This document shows, piece after piece, positions 13,546-26,974 of a DNA stretch of 64,000 bases; the first letter of the stretch is position 1, and each line of letters opens with the position of its first letter. Made by a program: the position numbers and the translations under genes. The notes under the pieces were generated by a model. That model had not been told where the DNA came from, did no database searches, and saw only the letters and a program-made list of their open reading frames with translations. The stretch lies in the NCBI RefSeq assembly GCF_004010195.1, contig NC_057750.1, positions 17,862,209-17,926,208 on the forward strand, read 5' to 3'. The stretch is from Chiloscyllium plagiosum (lineage: Eukaryota).

Positions 13546-14008
13546 TATTGGTTAAAATAAAACATCTGGAATAAATGGTGACTGTGCAGCCACTGTCAAT
13601 TGTCATTTAAAGAAAAACCATCAAGTTCACCGATGACCTTTTTTAGGGAAGGAAATCTGCCATCTTTATCTGGTCTGGCCTACATGTGACTTCAGACCCA
13701 TGTGAATGCAGTTGCCTCTTAGCCGCCCTCTGGAGAAAGACAATAAGTGCTGGCCTGGTCAGTGTTCCCCAACCTAATGAATGAAATTAGAAAATCTGAA
13801 GGCTCTCTTCATAAACTTCATGGGCTGTGCAGCCCTCCCTATCGGGCCTATCCCGAAAGGAGCTGGAGAGGGAAATCAGAGACTCTCTGTGAAGTTGGGT
13901 CTACCTTGAGATCTTTAAAGATCTGTCATTGCCCTTTCTGAGGTACCTGCTCATTTGTTCTACATGGAGAAACGATGAAGAGAATATTCCAGAAATAGAT
14001 TAAAGGTT

Positions 14009-14310
14009 CAGATTAGATTCCCTACAGTGTAGAAACAGGTCCTTCACCCCAACAAGTCCATACCGACCCTCTGAAGAGTAACCCACCCTGACTAATGCAC
14101 CTAACAACTATGGACAATTTAGCATGGCCCATTCACTTTACCTGCACATCTTTGGAATGTGGGAGGAAACCGGAGCACCCGGAAGAAACCCACGCAGACA
14201 CAGGGAGAATGTGCAAACTCCACACGGACAGTTGCCTGAGGGTGGAATCAAAGTGGGGACCCTGGTGCTATGTGGCAACAGTACTAACCACTGAGCCACC
14301 GTGCCGCCCC
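14009..14310 (-). mobile_element. HE1-like SINE
   Basis: Full-length reverse-complement copy with agattagatt tail. Confidence 0.85.
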
Positions 14311-14826
14311 TTAATACTTTAATATCTCAGATGTGAAAGCAGAAGGAATCATTAGTAGGTTTGTGAAGGAGGTAAGGAAGGAGGAACAGCTCTCAGAGTC
14401 AGTGAGCCAAACGCTGTGATCTAATACAGAAACAAAACACCGCAGATGCTAGAAATCTGAATTAAGAACAGTAAGGGCTGGAAGTTTTCAGCTAGGTAGG
14501 CAGCCTCTGTGGAAAGAGAAACACGATAGTCCTAACCTGCTCTGCCTGCCAACCTGTCACGGATCTCGAGCATTTCCTGTTTCTATGACCAATCGGGTAA
14601 TTGACAAATGAATAAGAAGTGAAGAAAATTATTTTCTATGCAGGTTTTTCTCTATTCTAATTAGAAAGAAACAAGTTTCTACACGCTAAAAGTTTCAAGG
14701 GGTCTGGACAGAGTATGGTGTTTGAGAGAGGGAATCAAGCCAGGATTTTCTTGAATGGCAGAGTAGACTTTATGGACCACTGCCTGCTTCTAGTTTCTAT
14801 GTTACTGTAACTCCCAAAGTGGATAA

Positions 14827-15139
14827 GATTAGATTCCCTACAGTGTGGAAATAGGCCCTTTGGCCCAACAAGTCCACAATGACCCTCCGAAGAGCAACCC
14901 ACCCAGACCCATTCCCCTTTGACTAATGGACCTAACACTATGGGCAATTTAGCATAGCCAATTCACCTAACCTGCACATCTTTGGACTGTGGGAGGAAAC
15001 CGGGGCACCCGGAGGAAACCCACACAGACACAGGGAGAACGTGCAAACTCCAACCAAACAGTTGCCCAAGGCGGGAATTGAACCCGGGTCTCTGGCGCTG
15101 TGAGGCAGCAGTGCTAACTGCTGAGCCACCATGCCGCCC
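14827..15139 (-). mobile_element. HE1-like SINE
   Basis: Full-length reverse-complement copy. Confidence 0.85.
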
Positions 15140-15947
15140 TTCACAGTTTCCCACGTTACATTCTGGCTGTTGTAATCTGGAACACTGTCCCTGAAAGAAC
15201 AGTGGGAGCATCCTGTGGCCTTTCAAACGAAAATCCAATAAATACATGAAGCAGAAAGCAGTAGGGTCATGGGAAGAGAGCAGGGAAGCGGGATTGATCC
15301 TCCACCAAAGCTAACACAAGTGCAGAGGGCTGAATGGCCTATCATTCCACAATTTTACTCCATCAGTGTGGTGAAATTGGCTCCAGTCTGTCTGGATTGG
15401 GAGAATGAGATCCCCACTTTCCAAAGATAATGGGTAATATTGTATTGACCGTGGAATTCAGCAGCAGGCTCAGCTTCTGATGGCTGCTGCAATCATCTAG
15501 TCTGTCTTTATCCTGGCAACATGTTGGAGAATGGCTCTATTAAAGGGACTTGCTGCTTGTGAAGGAGGTGCTGTGTTTCAAGTGGCAGTGGAGCTTTGAA
15601 CCAACACAGTGGGGGTTGTACTGATGTTTGAATACTATTGACCAGGGACCCAGTGCGTTTTGGTAGTTACAAGGATGTGTCTGCAGTAAATTCATTCCTG
15701 ATTTGTATTGTAAAGCATTATTTTGCTTCCGGCCTTTTGTTAGAAAAGCCTTGGATTGTGGTCAGACCACTTTGGGCAGTAGGATATACAAATTCCCAGA
15801 TTGTATCTATTGGAGTGTTTTGACAATGGCTGTTTGACAAATGCAGCTTTGTGTTTTGTAAAATCAAGGGCTACTTGTTTGGAGCATTTTGACAGCCCAG
15901 TTTGTATATTTATTTTAGGTTTTGATGACTTTTTGCTCTTCCTTTAG

Positions 15948-15977
15948 AACAAAGATAAACCCAGACATATCCAGAAG
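15948..15977 (+). other. Candidate 30-nt upstream exon of the unassigned gene
   Basis: tttttgctcttcctttAG acceptor and AAG|GTCTGA donor in unique sequence. Confidence 0.35.
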
Positions 15978-16274
15978 GTCTGAGGTTTAATTTCTGTTGT
16001 GTGTCAACACTGGCAAGATGCCCCACAGATTATAAGGGGAGGAATGTTGGTTAAAAGATAATATCAGATAAGCCTGACTAATAATCCGATACACCCTGGG
16101 CATCCATCTTGGCTGAAAAATGTTCCCTTACTGGTTTGAAATCTGATTCAATGTTTGCTCACGTATCTTGTCAACACCAGCTAACTGAATGAATTGATTC
16201 GTTTAAAATGTCCAAACTGGCTGAAAGAAAGCTGCAAGTTTGAGGAATGGAATGAGTAAAGAGTTTAGTGATTT

Positions 16275-17850
16275 AGACCATGAGCAGACGTAGGCAGTTC
16301 GGCCCCTCAACTCTGCTCTGCTGTTAAATGTGACCATCTGCTCATCCTCAATTCCTCTTTCCTGCTTTATTCCCTCTATCCCTTGATTCCCTTGCTGATT
16401 AAAAGAAAATCTGACTATCTCAGCCTTGAATATGTATAAAACTCAGCCTTGACAGCTCTCTGTCATTCCACAGATTCACTAACCTCAGAGAGAAAAGAAT
16501 TACTCTTTGTCTTTCTCTTATTTTGTAGTTATACCCTCTGGTCCTAGACTTTTTCATAATGGGTAACAAGCTCTCCATATCTACTCTGTTAAGTGCCCTG
16601 AAGAATCTTACATGTTTCAATAAGGTCTCCTCTCATTCCCTTAAACTCCAATGAGCAGAGCTTGGGCTAATTTCCCAGGAGTGTCAGAGTTTGAGGGGTA
16701 ACCTTCATAGAGGTTTATAAAACCATGAGGGACATGGATAGGATGAATAGCCAAAGCCTTTTTCCCAGGTTAGGGGAGTCCAGAGCTAGAGGGCGTAGAT
16801 TTAAGGTGAGTGGGAAAGACATAAAAGGGACCTAAGGGGCAACTTTTTCACGTAGACCGTGTGTGTATGTGTGTGTGTATATGTGTGTGTGTGTGGAATG
16901 AGCTGGTTGGGGGGGAAACCTACTTCAGTATCAACCCACTCCAACCCCTTCAAACTGTGCATGCTTCAAGTGGAGTTTAAAAGTAGGGAGATTATGCTGC
17001 AGCTGTATAGGGTGTTGGTAAGATTAGATTAGATTCCCTACACTATGGAACAGGCTCTTCGGCCCACTGAAGAGTAACCCAACCAGACCCATTCCCCACA
17101 TTTACCCCTGACTAATGCACCTAACACTACGGGCAATTTAGCATGGCCAATTCACCTAACCTGCACATCTTTGGATTGTGGGAGGAAACCGGAGCACCCG
17201 GAGGAAACCCATGTAGACCCGGGGAGAATGTGCAAACTCCACACAGACAGTCACTTGAGGCTGGAATCAAACCTGGGTTTCTGGCATTGTGAGGCAGCAG
17301 TGCTAACCACTGAGCCAGCATGCCACCCCAACTGGAGTAGTGTGAACAGTTTTGGTCTCCTTACCTGAGAAAGGATGTGGAAGGGGTGCAGAGGAGGTTC
17401 ACCAGGTTGATTCCAGAGTTGAGAGGGTTGGCTTATGAGGAGAGATTGAGCAGACTGGGAATATGCTCATTGGAATTCAGAAGAAAGTGGTGGATCTTGT
17501 AGAAACATAAAATTATGAAAGGGAATAGATAACAGAAAAACAGGGAGGTTGTTTCCACTCATGGGTGAAATTCAGAGTAGGGGGCATGGCCTCAAAATAA
17601 GGGGAGCAGATTTGGGACTTCTTCCCCCGAAGGGTTATGAGTCTGTGGAATTCCCTGCCCAGTGAAACAGTCGCAGCTTCCTTGTTGAATGTTCTTAAGG
17701 CAAAGATAGATTTTTGAACAGTAAAGAAATTAAAAGTTATGGGGAGCAGGCGGGTAATTGGAGGTGAAGCCACAAAAAGATCAGTCATGAAGAGCAGGCT
17801 TGGTGGTGCCAGATGACCTACTCCTGCTCCTAATTCTTACATTCTTATGT
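16275..17850. mobile_element. Cluster of CR1 fragments (both strands) with nested HE1 SINE at 17021-17327 (-)
   Basis: CR1 ORF2 3' motifs such as RVMSLWNSLP and gtgcagaggaggttcaccagg, plus HE1 core. Confidence 0.75.
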
Positions 17851-18185
17851 AATAGAAACCCAAATTGTCTCAGCCTCTCATCCCAGAGGCCAATCAAGTG
17901 AACCTTCACTGTACTGCCATCCAAGCATATCCTTCACTGAGTATGGAGACCAGAGTGGACATAGTACTTTAAATTTGGTCTCACTGATGACCAGTGTAAT
18001 TTCAGCAAGACCTCCTTATGTGCACACTCCAGTCCTCAAGATAAAGATGTCCATTTTTCTTCTAATGTCTTACTGACCCTGCAAGCTTACTCTGTTCCAC
18101 CATCTGAACATCAATGTTTACAAGTATCATGTCTAAAGTATCATTCACAGCTCAGAGAGAGTGTCCTCACCTTGTGTACTACCCC

Positions 18186-19420
18186 AGAACAAGACAAACA
18201 ACAGTATAGCACAGCACAGGAACAGGCCCTTCGGCCCACCAAGACTGGACTGACATATGCCTTTCATAATACAAAACCTTTTGCTTATACACGGTTCATC
18301 GTCCTCTATTCCTGTTTATTCATGTATCTTCAAAATACCTCTTCAGTGTTGCTATTGTCTCTGGAAGCGCATTCCAGGCACTTACCATTCTCTGTGTATA
18401 AAGACATGCCTTTCACATCTCCTTTCAACTTTCCCCTTTTTGTCTTAAGCCTATGTCCCCTAGTAATTTTCTTCTTTGGGAAAAAGACTTTGACTCTCCA
18501 TTCTATCCATTCCTTGTGTAGTTTTGTAAACTTCTTTCAGGGGCCACCCCTCATTATTCAATGGTCAAGAGAAAGCAAACTAAGTTTGTCCAATCTCTCC
18601 TCCAAACCAGGCACCCTCTAAGCCGAGCACCCTCCAAACCAGGCACCCTCCAAACCGGGCACCCTCCAAGCTGGGCACCATCCTGGTAAACTGTTCATAT
18701 TCCCTGTGTAAAGCTTCCACATCCTTCTAGGGGTGTGGTGACCAGAACTGTACACAATATTTCAAATATGGCCTAATTAAAATTTGCAACATAACCTGCC
18801 AATTTTTACACTCTGACCAATGAAGGCAAGCGTGCCATATGCCGCCTTGACTGCCTTACCTGCTTGCCACTTTCAGGGAACTGCAGACCTGCGTGCCTAG
18901 ATCCCACTGTGTGTTGATGCTACTAACGGTTCTGCTATTTACTGTATATGCTCCTCCTGATCTTCAAAAATGTATCACCTCGCACTTGTCTGGATTAAAT
19001 TTCATCTGCCATTTCTCTGTCCAAGTCTCCAACCTATATATATATTTCTTGATGAAGGGCCTTTGCCCAAAACGCCAATTTTCCTGCTCCTCGGATGCTG
19101 CCTGACCTGTTGTGCTTTTCCAGCACCACTCTAATCTTGACTCTAATCTCCAGCATCTGCAGTACCCACTTCTGCCTGCATATATCCTATCTATATTCTT
19201 CTCATTGTCTGCAATTCCCCTAATCTTTGCGTCATCTGCAAATTTACAGGCCACTTATACTCTCTTTCAAATCATTTATCTATGACAAAGGGGTCCCAGC
19301 ACAGATCCCTGCAGAAAACCACTGGTCACAGAGCTCCAGTCAGTAAAACATCCTTCCACCCCTACTCTCTGTTTTCTGTGACAGAGCCAGTTGTGTCTCC
19401 ACCTTACCAGCTCACTGTGG
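18186..19420 (-). mobile_element. CR1 LINE fragment with internal 16-bp tandem (18600-18683) and a Penelope-type insert (~19046-19172)
   Basis: RT motifs KFADDAKI, WQMKFNPDKCEVIHF and QGSVLGP on -. Confidence 0.8.
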
Positions 19421-19734
19421 ATCCCATAGCATTTGAGCACCAAGTCTAGGTTGCTTCTCCTGTATTGAGGACCCGTGATTCCACATCTGCCCAGTGAGGC
19501 ATGAAACATTATTTAAAGAGCAGCTAAAGTTCTCCCTGGTAGCTTAACCTCTATTTATCCCTCAGACCATGACACTAAAATGTTATCTGATCATCACTGT
19601 ATCTACTTTTTATGAAACTTGTACAAATTGGCAGCAGAATTTCCTTTATTGAAATAGTAACTACACTTCAAAAGTATTTTACTGGGCCCTAGATTTGTGA
19701 AAAGGAAGGCAAGGGCGAAATGATTGTATTGCCA

Positions 19735-20216
19735 GACCAGTAATCCAGAACGTAGACCAGTAATCCAGAATGTAGACCAGTAATCCAGAACATAGACCAG
19801 TAATCCAGAACGTAGTCCAGTAATCCAGAACGTAGACCAGTAATCCAGAACGTAGACCAGCAATCCAGAACGTAGTCCAGTAATCCAGAACGTAGTCCAG
19901 TAATCCAGAACGTAGACCAGTAATCCAGAACGTAGACCAGTAATCCAGAACGTAGTCTAGTAATCCAGAACGTAGACCAGTAATCCAGAACGTAGACCAA
20001 TAATCCAGAACGTAGTCCAGTAATCCAGAATATAGACCAGTAATCCAGAATATAGACCAGTAATCCAGAACATAGACCAATAATCCAGAACGTAGTCCAG
20101 TAATCCAGAACGTAGTCCAGTAATCCAGAACGTAGACCAGTAATCCAGAACGTAGTCCAGTAATCCAGAACGTAGTCCAGTAATCCAGAATGTAGACCAG
20201 TAATCCAGAACGTAGT
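19735..20216. repeat. 20-bp minisatellite (~24 copies)
   Basis: Unit taatccagaacgtag(a/t)ccag. Confidence 0.95.
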
Positions 20217-20517
20217 GTGGCAGTGATTTAAATCCAGATTTTGAGTTCAAATGCTAGTGCAGCTGGTGAAATTAACAGTAGTATTTTATTCCAAATTTAA
20301 TCATCTGGTTTGCAAATATTCTTCAAGGGAATTAACCACCCTTACCTAGTCTGGCCCACGTGTGACTCCAGACCCACAGCCGTGGTTGACTTTTAAACTC
20401 TCACTGTGTGGAGTTTGCGTGTTCTCCCCGTGTCTGCGTGGGTTTCCCCCGGGTGCTCCGGTTCACATGTCTCATTTTACTTCTAGATACTCACATTTGT
20501 TGAGGCAGAATTTTTTA

Positions 20518-20835
20518 AAAATTCATTCACGGGATGAAGGCATCACTGGCCAGGCAGCATTTATTACCCAGAGGGCAGGTAAGAGTCAACAACATTGAAG
20601 TCAGATGTAGGCCAGACCAGGATGGTAGCCTCCTTCCCTAAAGGGCATTAATGAACCAGATGGGCTTTTCTGACAAGAAACAATGGATTCGTGGCCACCA
20701 TTAGACTTGTAGTTCCAGACTTTTACTGAATTCAAATTTCATTATCTGCCATGGTGGGATTAGAACCCAGGTCACCAGAATATTACCTTGGTCTCTGGAT
20801 TAACAGTTCAGCGATAATACCACTGGGACATCGTC
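20518..20835 (-). mobile_element. SINE (second shark family)
   Basis: Reverse complement of the 27611-27910 element. Confidence 0.7.
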
Positions 20836-21110
20836 TCACCTTAAAGGGTCAGACTGACATTAAAATGAGAGCAAAACTGTACATTACATTTTACTATATA
20901 TGACTATAAAATGGTGAGAGGAGACAAACAGAGAAGGTTCAGGGAAAAGTTTTATTTGGATGTGAGGGCAGTATTTATTTTTCATCCATAATTACCCTCA
21001 AGAAGGTAGAAAGTGATAGTTCGCCATCACTTCTTGAACCACAATACTCCGTGTGACACAAATACACCAGTAGTAGCAGTTTGACAACTGATTAACTCCG
21101 CACACCTTTT

Positions 21111-21372
21111 CATAGAATCTCTACAGCATGGGAGCAGGTCATTTTGCCCATCAGGTCCACACCAACTGTCTGAAGAGCATCCCACCCCCACCCCCATCCT
21201 AACCTTGTACCCTGTCATTTCCCATAATGCACTTAGCCTGCACATCCCTGGACACTATGGGCAATGTGGCATGGCCAATCCACCCTGACCTGCGCATCTG
21301 TGGACTGTGGGAGGAATCCGGAGCACCCGGGAAAACCACGCAGACACGGGGAGAACACGCAAACTCCACACA
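21111..21372 (-). mobile_element. HE1-like SINE (5'-truncated)
   Basis: Core and catagaatc tail. Confidence 0.75.
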
Positions 21373-22085
21373 ATGAGAGTTTAAAAGTCAACCACGGCTG
21401 TGGGTCTGGAGTCACACGTGGGCCAGACTAGGTATGGGTGGTTAATTCCCTTGAAGAATATTAGCGAATCAGATGAGTAAATTTGGAATAAAATACTACT
21501 GTGAATTTCACCAGTTACAATGGGATTTGAACCAATGTCTGGAGTGAATTCACTGCCACACTATGTTCTGGATTACTGGTCTGGGGGTACGATCATTTCA
21601 CCACTGTCTCGGACCCAGTTAAGTATTTTTGAAATGTCATTACTATTTCAATAAAGGAAATTCTTGCTGCCAATTTGTACAAGTTGCAACTACAATTCCT
21701 TTTTAAATAATCGAGCTGCAAGCCAGGTCTGTCTACAATCTCAAACATGCAAAGAAAACACAATGGCCTCACTCAGTGTTTACTTAACAGCACAACCATC
21801 TGACTGACTTAAAGGGAACCAGGCTAGGGAGTAGGCTAATATGGTCTGTACTGCCTAGCGCAGTGTCAGTGTGGTAAGCCTGGGGAGGGGCAAGATTGAT
21901 AGTTTCATCTGTTTTATTGTGGGTAATGTTACTGGAGTCCCACATCTGGGTGCCATTATTGTCAAACTATTTCTTCACAAAGTATAGAGGCTCAACTGTA
22001 CATCGCTGAGTCAAAGCCTGTGCAATTCAGTTCAATTCTAAAGTATTGTCCTTCATTGGAACCAGATTGTGCTAAAGGCTATGAC

Positions 22086-22337
22086 ATGATGGAGCACCCC
22101 ACCGCCAAACACAAAAACATTGCCAGTGAAACCAAAGAGAATATTGGGGATGCCAAAGTAAACAATGATGCCAAAGAGAATGGAGAAGGAAATGCCAGTG
22201 AGGGCAAAGTGACCAGTGGCACCAAAGAAAATCCCAGTGATGCCAAGGAGAGTACCAATGGAACACCCAGTGATATCACTGAGAACGATCCTTCCCATTG
22301 TGATGCCAAAGAAAAGACCAGCAAAAGAGATAAGAAG
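22086..22337 (+). CDS. Unassigned charged, low-complexity protein, coding exon A (MMEHPTAK...TSKRDKK)
   Basis: Non-TE ORF with ATG ATG G (strong Kozak at the second ATG), candidate acceptor accAG at 22065 (alternative at 21982), and phase-0 donor AAG|GTAAAG. Contains DAKE/TKEN repeats. The start codon is uncertain because the frame is open further upstream. Confidence 0.7.
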
Positions 22338-22854
22338 GTAAAGAAAGCTCTGTTTTGATATAAGCTGCCTGTGCTCTCTCACCCCCCCACCCTCACAAAC
22401 ACAAAAGGCTACCTGAGCAAGGGAGCCACACACTTATCCTCTGCTCCAGTGCCCAGATTTCCCTGTGGCTTTACATGTGAATGACAACACATTATTCAGA
22501 TCTGACCATCTGAGCCCAGACTGACCTTCACCCAGCGTCCACGTGTTCAGTGAGAGGCTAGGGAAACAGACTCATAGACATTTTTAGCACAGAAGGAGGC
22601 CATTCAAACCATCATTCCTGCACCATTCGCCAACGGTCTCATTATATTAATTCTATTTTCGAAGGCCTGTAGTTCTCAGGGCTATACTAAGCAAGTGAAT
22701 AAATACTGCTGATGTGTGTACCTGAGTTTCTGACTGGACCACCCTTTCAGGCAGTGAGTCCCAGACTCCTATCATCCTCCAGGTGAAAAAAATGTCTCAA
22801 CTCTTCCCTTAACCTTCTCCTTCTGACCTGAACCCCCTGGATATTGGCTTCTAG

Positions 22855-23725
22855 AGACAGCATGGAAACAGATCCTTCGGTCCAACCCATCCATGCCGAC
22901 CAGTTATCTTAACGTATATTTAGTCCCATTTGCTAGCGCTTTGCCTGTCTTCCTCCAAGACTTTACACGGTGGCTCAGTGGTTAGCACTGCTGCCTCACA
23001 TCACCAGGGATCTGGGTTCAATCCCAGCCTCAAGTGACTGTCTGTGTGGAGTTTGCACATTCTCCCCGTGTCTGCATGGGTTTACTCCGGTTTCCTCTCA
23101 CAGTCCAAAGACGTGCAGGTTAAGTGAATTGGCCAAGCTGAATTGCCTAGTGTTGGGTGCATTAGTCAGGAGTAAATGTAGGGAGGGGTGGGTTATTCTT
23201 TAGAGGGTTGGTGTGGACTTGTTGGGCCGAATGGCCTGTCTCCACACTGTAGAGAATCTGATCTATTCATATATCCATTTAGATGCTGTAATTGTAGCAG
23301 CCTCCACCACTTCCTCTGGCAGCTCATTCCAAACACGCACCACCCTCTGCGTAAAAAAGTTGCCCCTTAGGTCCCTTTTATATCTTTCCCCTCTCACCTT
23401 AAACCTATGCCCTCTAGTTCTGGACTCCCCCACCCCAGGGAAGAGACTTTGTCTATTTACCCTGTCCATGTCCCTCATGATTTTATAAATCTCTATACAC
23501 TCCAGGGAAAACAGTCCCAGCCTGTTCAGCCTCTCCCTATAGCTCAAATCCTCCAACCCTGGCAACATCCTTGTAAATCTTTTCTGAACCCTTTCAAGTT
23601 TCACAAGATCCTTCTGATAGGAAGGAGACCAGAATTGCACACAGTATTCCAAAAGCGGCCAACCAATGTCCTGTACAGCCGCAGCATGACCACTCAACTC
23701 CTATACTCAATGCTCTGACCAATAA
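22855..23725 (-). mobile_element. CR1 (HER1-like) LINE 3' part with HE1 SINE inserted at 22966-23263 (+)
   Basis: ORF 23263-23697: LEYCVQFWSP...LERVQKRFTRMLPGL...RVVRVWNELP. Confidence 0.9.
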
Positions 23726-24947
23726 AACTTATAGAAAAGGTGTCTTACTGTCCACCGTTATCTCTGCACCTCATAATCTTTTGCACCTCCATCAGATGTT
23801 CTCTCTATCTTTGCCACAGTCTATCTAATCTCCACTGAGACACTCCTGCCCAGGCAGCAATCCAGGTAAATCCCCTCTACACCCTGTCCGGTGACTCACA
23901 TCCTTGACCTAACCACCATTTTATACAGTTCCAGCATAAACTCCCAGCTCTTGTATTCTGTCCTCGGCTAATAAAGGCAAGTACCCCACATCCTTTCAGA
24001 ATTACCTTATTTACCTGCCCCGGTACCATAGGGATCTATAGATATGTACAGCAAGGTTACTCTGACCTTCAGCACTTCCCAGTATTCTCTCAGTCACTGT
24101 GTAATACCTGGCCTAGTTAGCCCTTCCAGGTGCACTACCTCACACTTTCTGGGTGGAATTCTGTTTGCCACTGCTCTGCCTACCTGACCAGTCCATCGAT
24201 ATTCCCCTGTAGTTTGAGGCTATTCTCATTATTTACAGGCCGAAGGGCCTGTTTCCATTCTGTAGGTAATCTAATCTAAATATCATCCTGCCCCTCATTA
24301 TTATAATTGATTCCTGATCAATATTCTGAAAATATTCAGAATTTCCCCACTCTCATCTGAATGCCAGTAACCAGGAATGGTGTACAGCCGATCCTGCCAT
24401 GTCCCAGTCATAGCTACGGTACCATACTCTTATGGGTCTATCTGTGCCTTTCATATCTGTTTCATTCCTTGGGTTATTTGCATTAAAATATTGCATTGCT
24501 AAACTCCTTCTCCCTTAGATTTCCTCTGCCTTTCAGACTCACTGACGTTTTAACTCCTAATCCCGTTTCAGCTGCTCTCCCTTCTGAACTCCTTGTCACA
24601 ATTCCATCCCCTGTGAGTATAATTCACCTCCACCCCAACAGCACTAGTAGGCCTCACTGTGTGAATGTTGGCCAAATTAGGCTGTCCAAATTGTTCAGGT
24701 TCTGCCTCAGTCGGAAACGGCTCCAATACCTCAAGAATCTAAAGCCCTTCCTCCTGCACTATCTCTCCAGGCACACATTCATCAGCTCTGAACTTCTATT
24801 GTCAGCTTGTGTTTTTGAATTTGAGAATTGGCCCCCGTTTGTTGGTATTTGCTATTTTGTATTTTAAAGATCTTCCAGCCCAATCTTTGGATTGTTAAAG
24901 TGAAGGCATTATTTATCCTGGCTGTGGGGTCATGATCTGACTCCAGT

Positions 24948-25257
24948 ATGTACACACACACAGACACGCGCACACACACACACACACAGATACACACACA
25001 GACAGACACAGACACAGACACACACACGCACACACAGATAGACACAGACACACACAGACACAGACATACACGAACACATACAGACACAGACACTGACACA
25101 CACAGACACACACACATACAGACAGATATGCACAGACACAGACACACACACATGCACACACACACAGACACACACATGCACACACACACATGCACACACA
25201 CACACATGCACAGACACACACACACACACACACATGCATGCACAGACACACACACAC
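24948..25257. repeat. Compound (CA)n/(CACAGA)n microsatellite
   Basis: Visible directly in the sequence. Confidence 0.95.
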
Positions 25258-26784
25258 AAACTATTTCATTCTGATTGCACAGCTCCCTTAATGACAATGA
25301 CGACAGTTCTCAAACTCTGACATTCTTCCCCTTAGTGGGGGACCCAATAAAGAGAAATTAACCAAAGGAAAAAGCAGATACTGAAGTCTGAAGGAGGTGA
25401 CTCTGAAAGCTTCGAGCTGATATTATTCCCAAATGGTGTTCCTTTCTGCAGGGGAATGTGGTGTTACTTTTTGTGGTGGATGGGAAACTGTCTGAACCTC
25501 ACACTCCGTGGTTTTCTGAAATAGTCTTTTATTACCTTCAGGTCCCCCATTCCACTTTGTAAAGATCATTCGTTTCTGGGACATAAGTTAAATAATCCAC
25601 TTTTCTTGGGAAATGGCTGACATTCATATGGAGCTTGTCCCTTCTCCAAGAAGGCAATGTCAATCTGAATGACAGAGTAGAGATTCAGACAGACACAAGG
25701 ATGCTCATACAAACGCAGATTCTGTTGTGATTTGCAAAGCACATTCTCACTCACTGACCTGTGGTCTTGCCTCATTCTGCATTTCTTAACAAAACTAATA
25801 CCTTTGCTTTAAATAGGAGAGTGTGATTATTTTAATCAACTTGCTCGGTTATGTTATGACACACCTCTGGGGCAGGTGGGATTTGAACCTGAACTTTCTG
25901 GCTTGGAGGTAGTGACACTAACCAAATGAAGTGTGTTGAATTGTCTCTATTGTGCACAAGGAGAATATTCTGTATGGAATCTCTTGTTGCCTTGGGAAAT
26001 GTTTGCTAATTCCTGTTCCATGTTCTCCCCTTCCTGAAAGTGCGGACACGGGTTTTGGTTTCTTGTGGTTCTAGTGAGTGTCCAGGTCTTGAATATTTGC
26101 TAACTCTTTGACTGTGGGAGGCAGCACTGCTGACCCCGAGATATCTCCACGCCCCTTAACCGAAATGGTTAGAAGCTGAAACTCTGGTTGAGCATCTCCC
26201 ACTTCAGTTGTAATTGGAGGCCTTGAGATGACTAACATTCACACTATCTGTCTGGCTGAGCTAAGGTAAAGATCAAAAAGCCAGAAGTAAATGTAGGACC
26301 CTTTGACTGCATGTTCCAGACCAGTGTTAAGACAGTGGGGGCTGGATTGCCAACAGAATAAATCGCCCACTCCCACCCAACAATAGTCCAAAAGCTAGAA
26401 ACATGAGCGATAGATGATTGATTATCCCCCAACAACCCCAACCTGCTGGGAAACAGGGAGCAGTCACTCAGCTCATGACTTCAAAGTCAGGAAGATTGAG
26501 CAGGGTGCTACTGTGAAGTGACAGTCAAGTTAGAGAGAGTAGCTCGTCAGTTACCTGCTACATGGAGGAACATTTTAATAAATCTAATAACTATTCGGGT
26601 CATTGGAAATGGCTGCAGTGGGTCCTCAGAGTAACTCTGTCCTGACTTTCTTTAACAACAGGGAGGAGATGGCCACTCACCCAGCTCCAGCTCCAGTAGC
26701 AGCTCTTCTGACAGTGAAGGTGAAGGAAAGGCAAGTGTCGAATAATCCTTGTCCTCTTTGTGACCAGTTTCTGCATGTTATACA

Positions 26785-26878
26785 TCCAACAAATCTGAGG
26801 CTGACACTGCAGTGCAGGAACGAAGGAGTGCTGCATTGTTGGAGGTGCCTTCTTTCAGAAAGGGCATTGAACTGAAAG
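26785..26878 (+). mobile_element. DeuSINE (SacSINE1/AmnSINE1-like) core fragment
   Basis: aatctgaggctgacactgcagtgcag...ggagtgctgcattgttggaggtgcc resembles the Deu domain as I recall it. Confidence 0.5.
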
Positions 26879-26974
26879 TGTGTGTGTGTATGTGAGTGAG
26901 AGAGAGAGAGAGCAGGCAGTCTCACATGGCCAGTAGCTATAGTTGCGCTGGCATAGCTCAAGGATCTTTACCTT

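Larger units (their letters stand above)
19616..21685. repeat. Inverted segmental duplication (arms 19616-20461 and 21318-21685)
   Basis: Arms are reverse-complementary, e.g. aacttgtacaaattggcagc / gctgccaatttgtacaagtt. The same pseudo-peptide MTPDPQPWLTFKLSLCGVCVFSPCLRGF occurs on + (20362) and - (21415). Confidence 0.9.

Noticed and set aside
19735..20216. Regular array superficially like CRISPR
   Set aside because: Head-to-tail units with no unique spacers, in a vertebrate context with no cas genes.
22053..22433. Hydrophobic antisense ORFs
   Set aside because: Shadow frames of the purine-rich + strand exon, with no splice or polyA support.
24782..25297. Cys/Val-rich and His/Thr-rich ORFs
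   Set aside because: Translation of a CA microsatellite.
25850..25925. tRNA-like sequence (similar at 9645-9700 and 44393-44473)
   Set aside because: Degenerate tRNA-derived SINE heads. No complete cloverleaf is evident.
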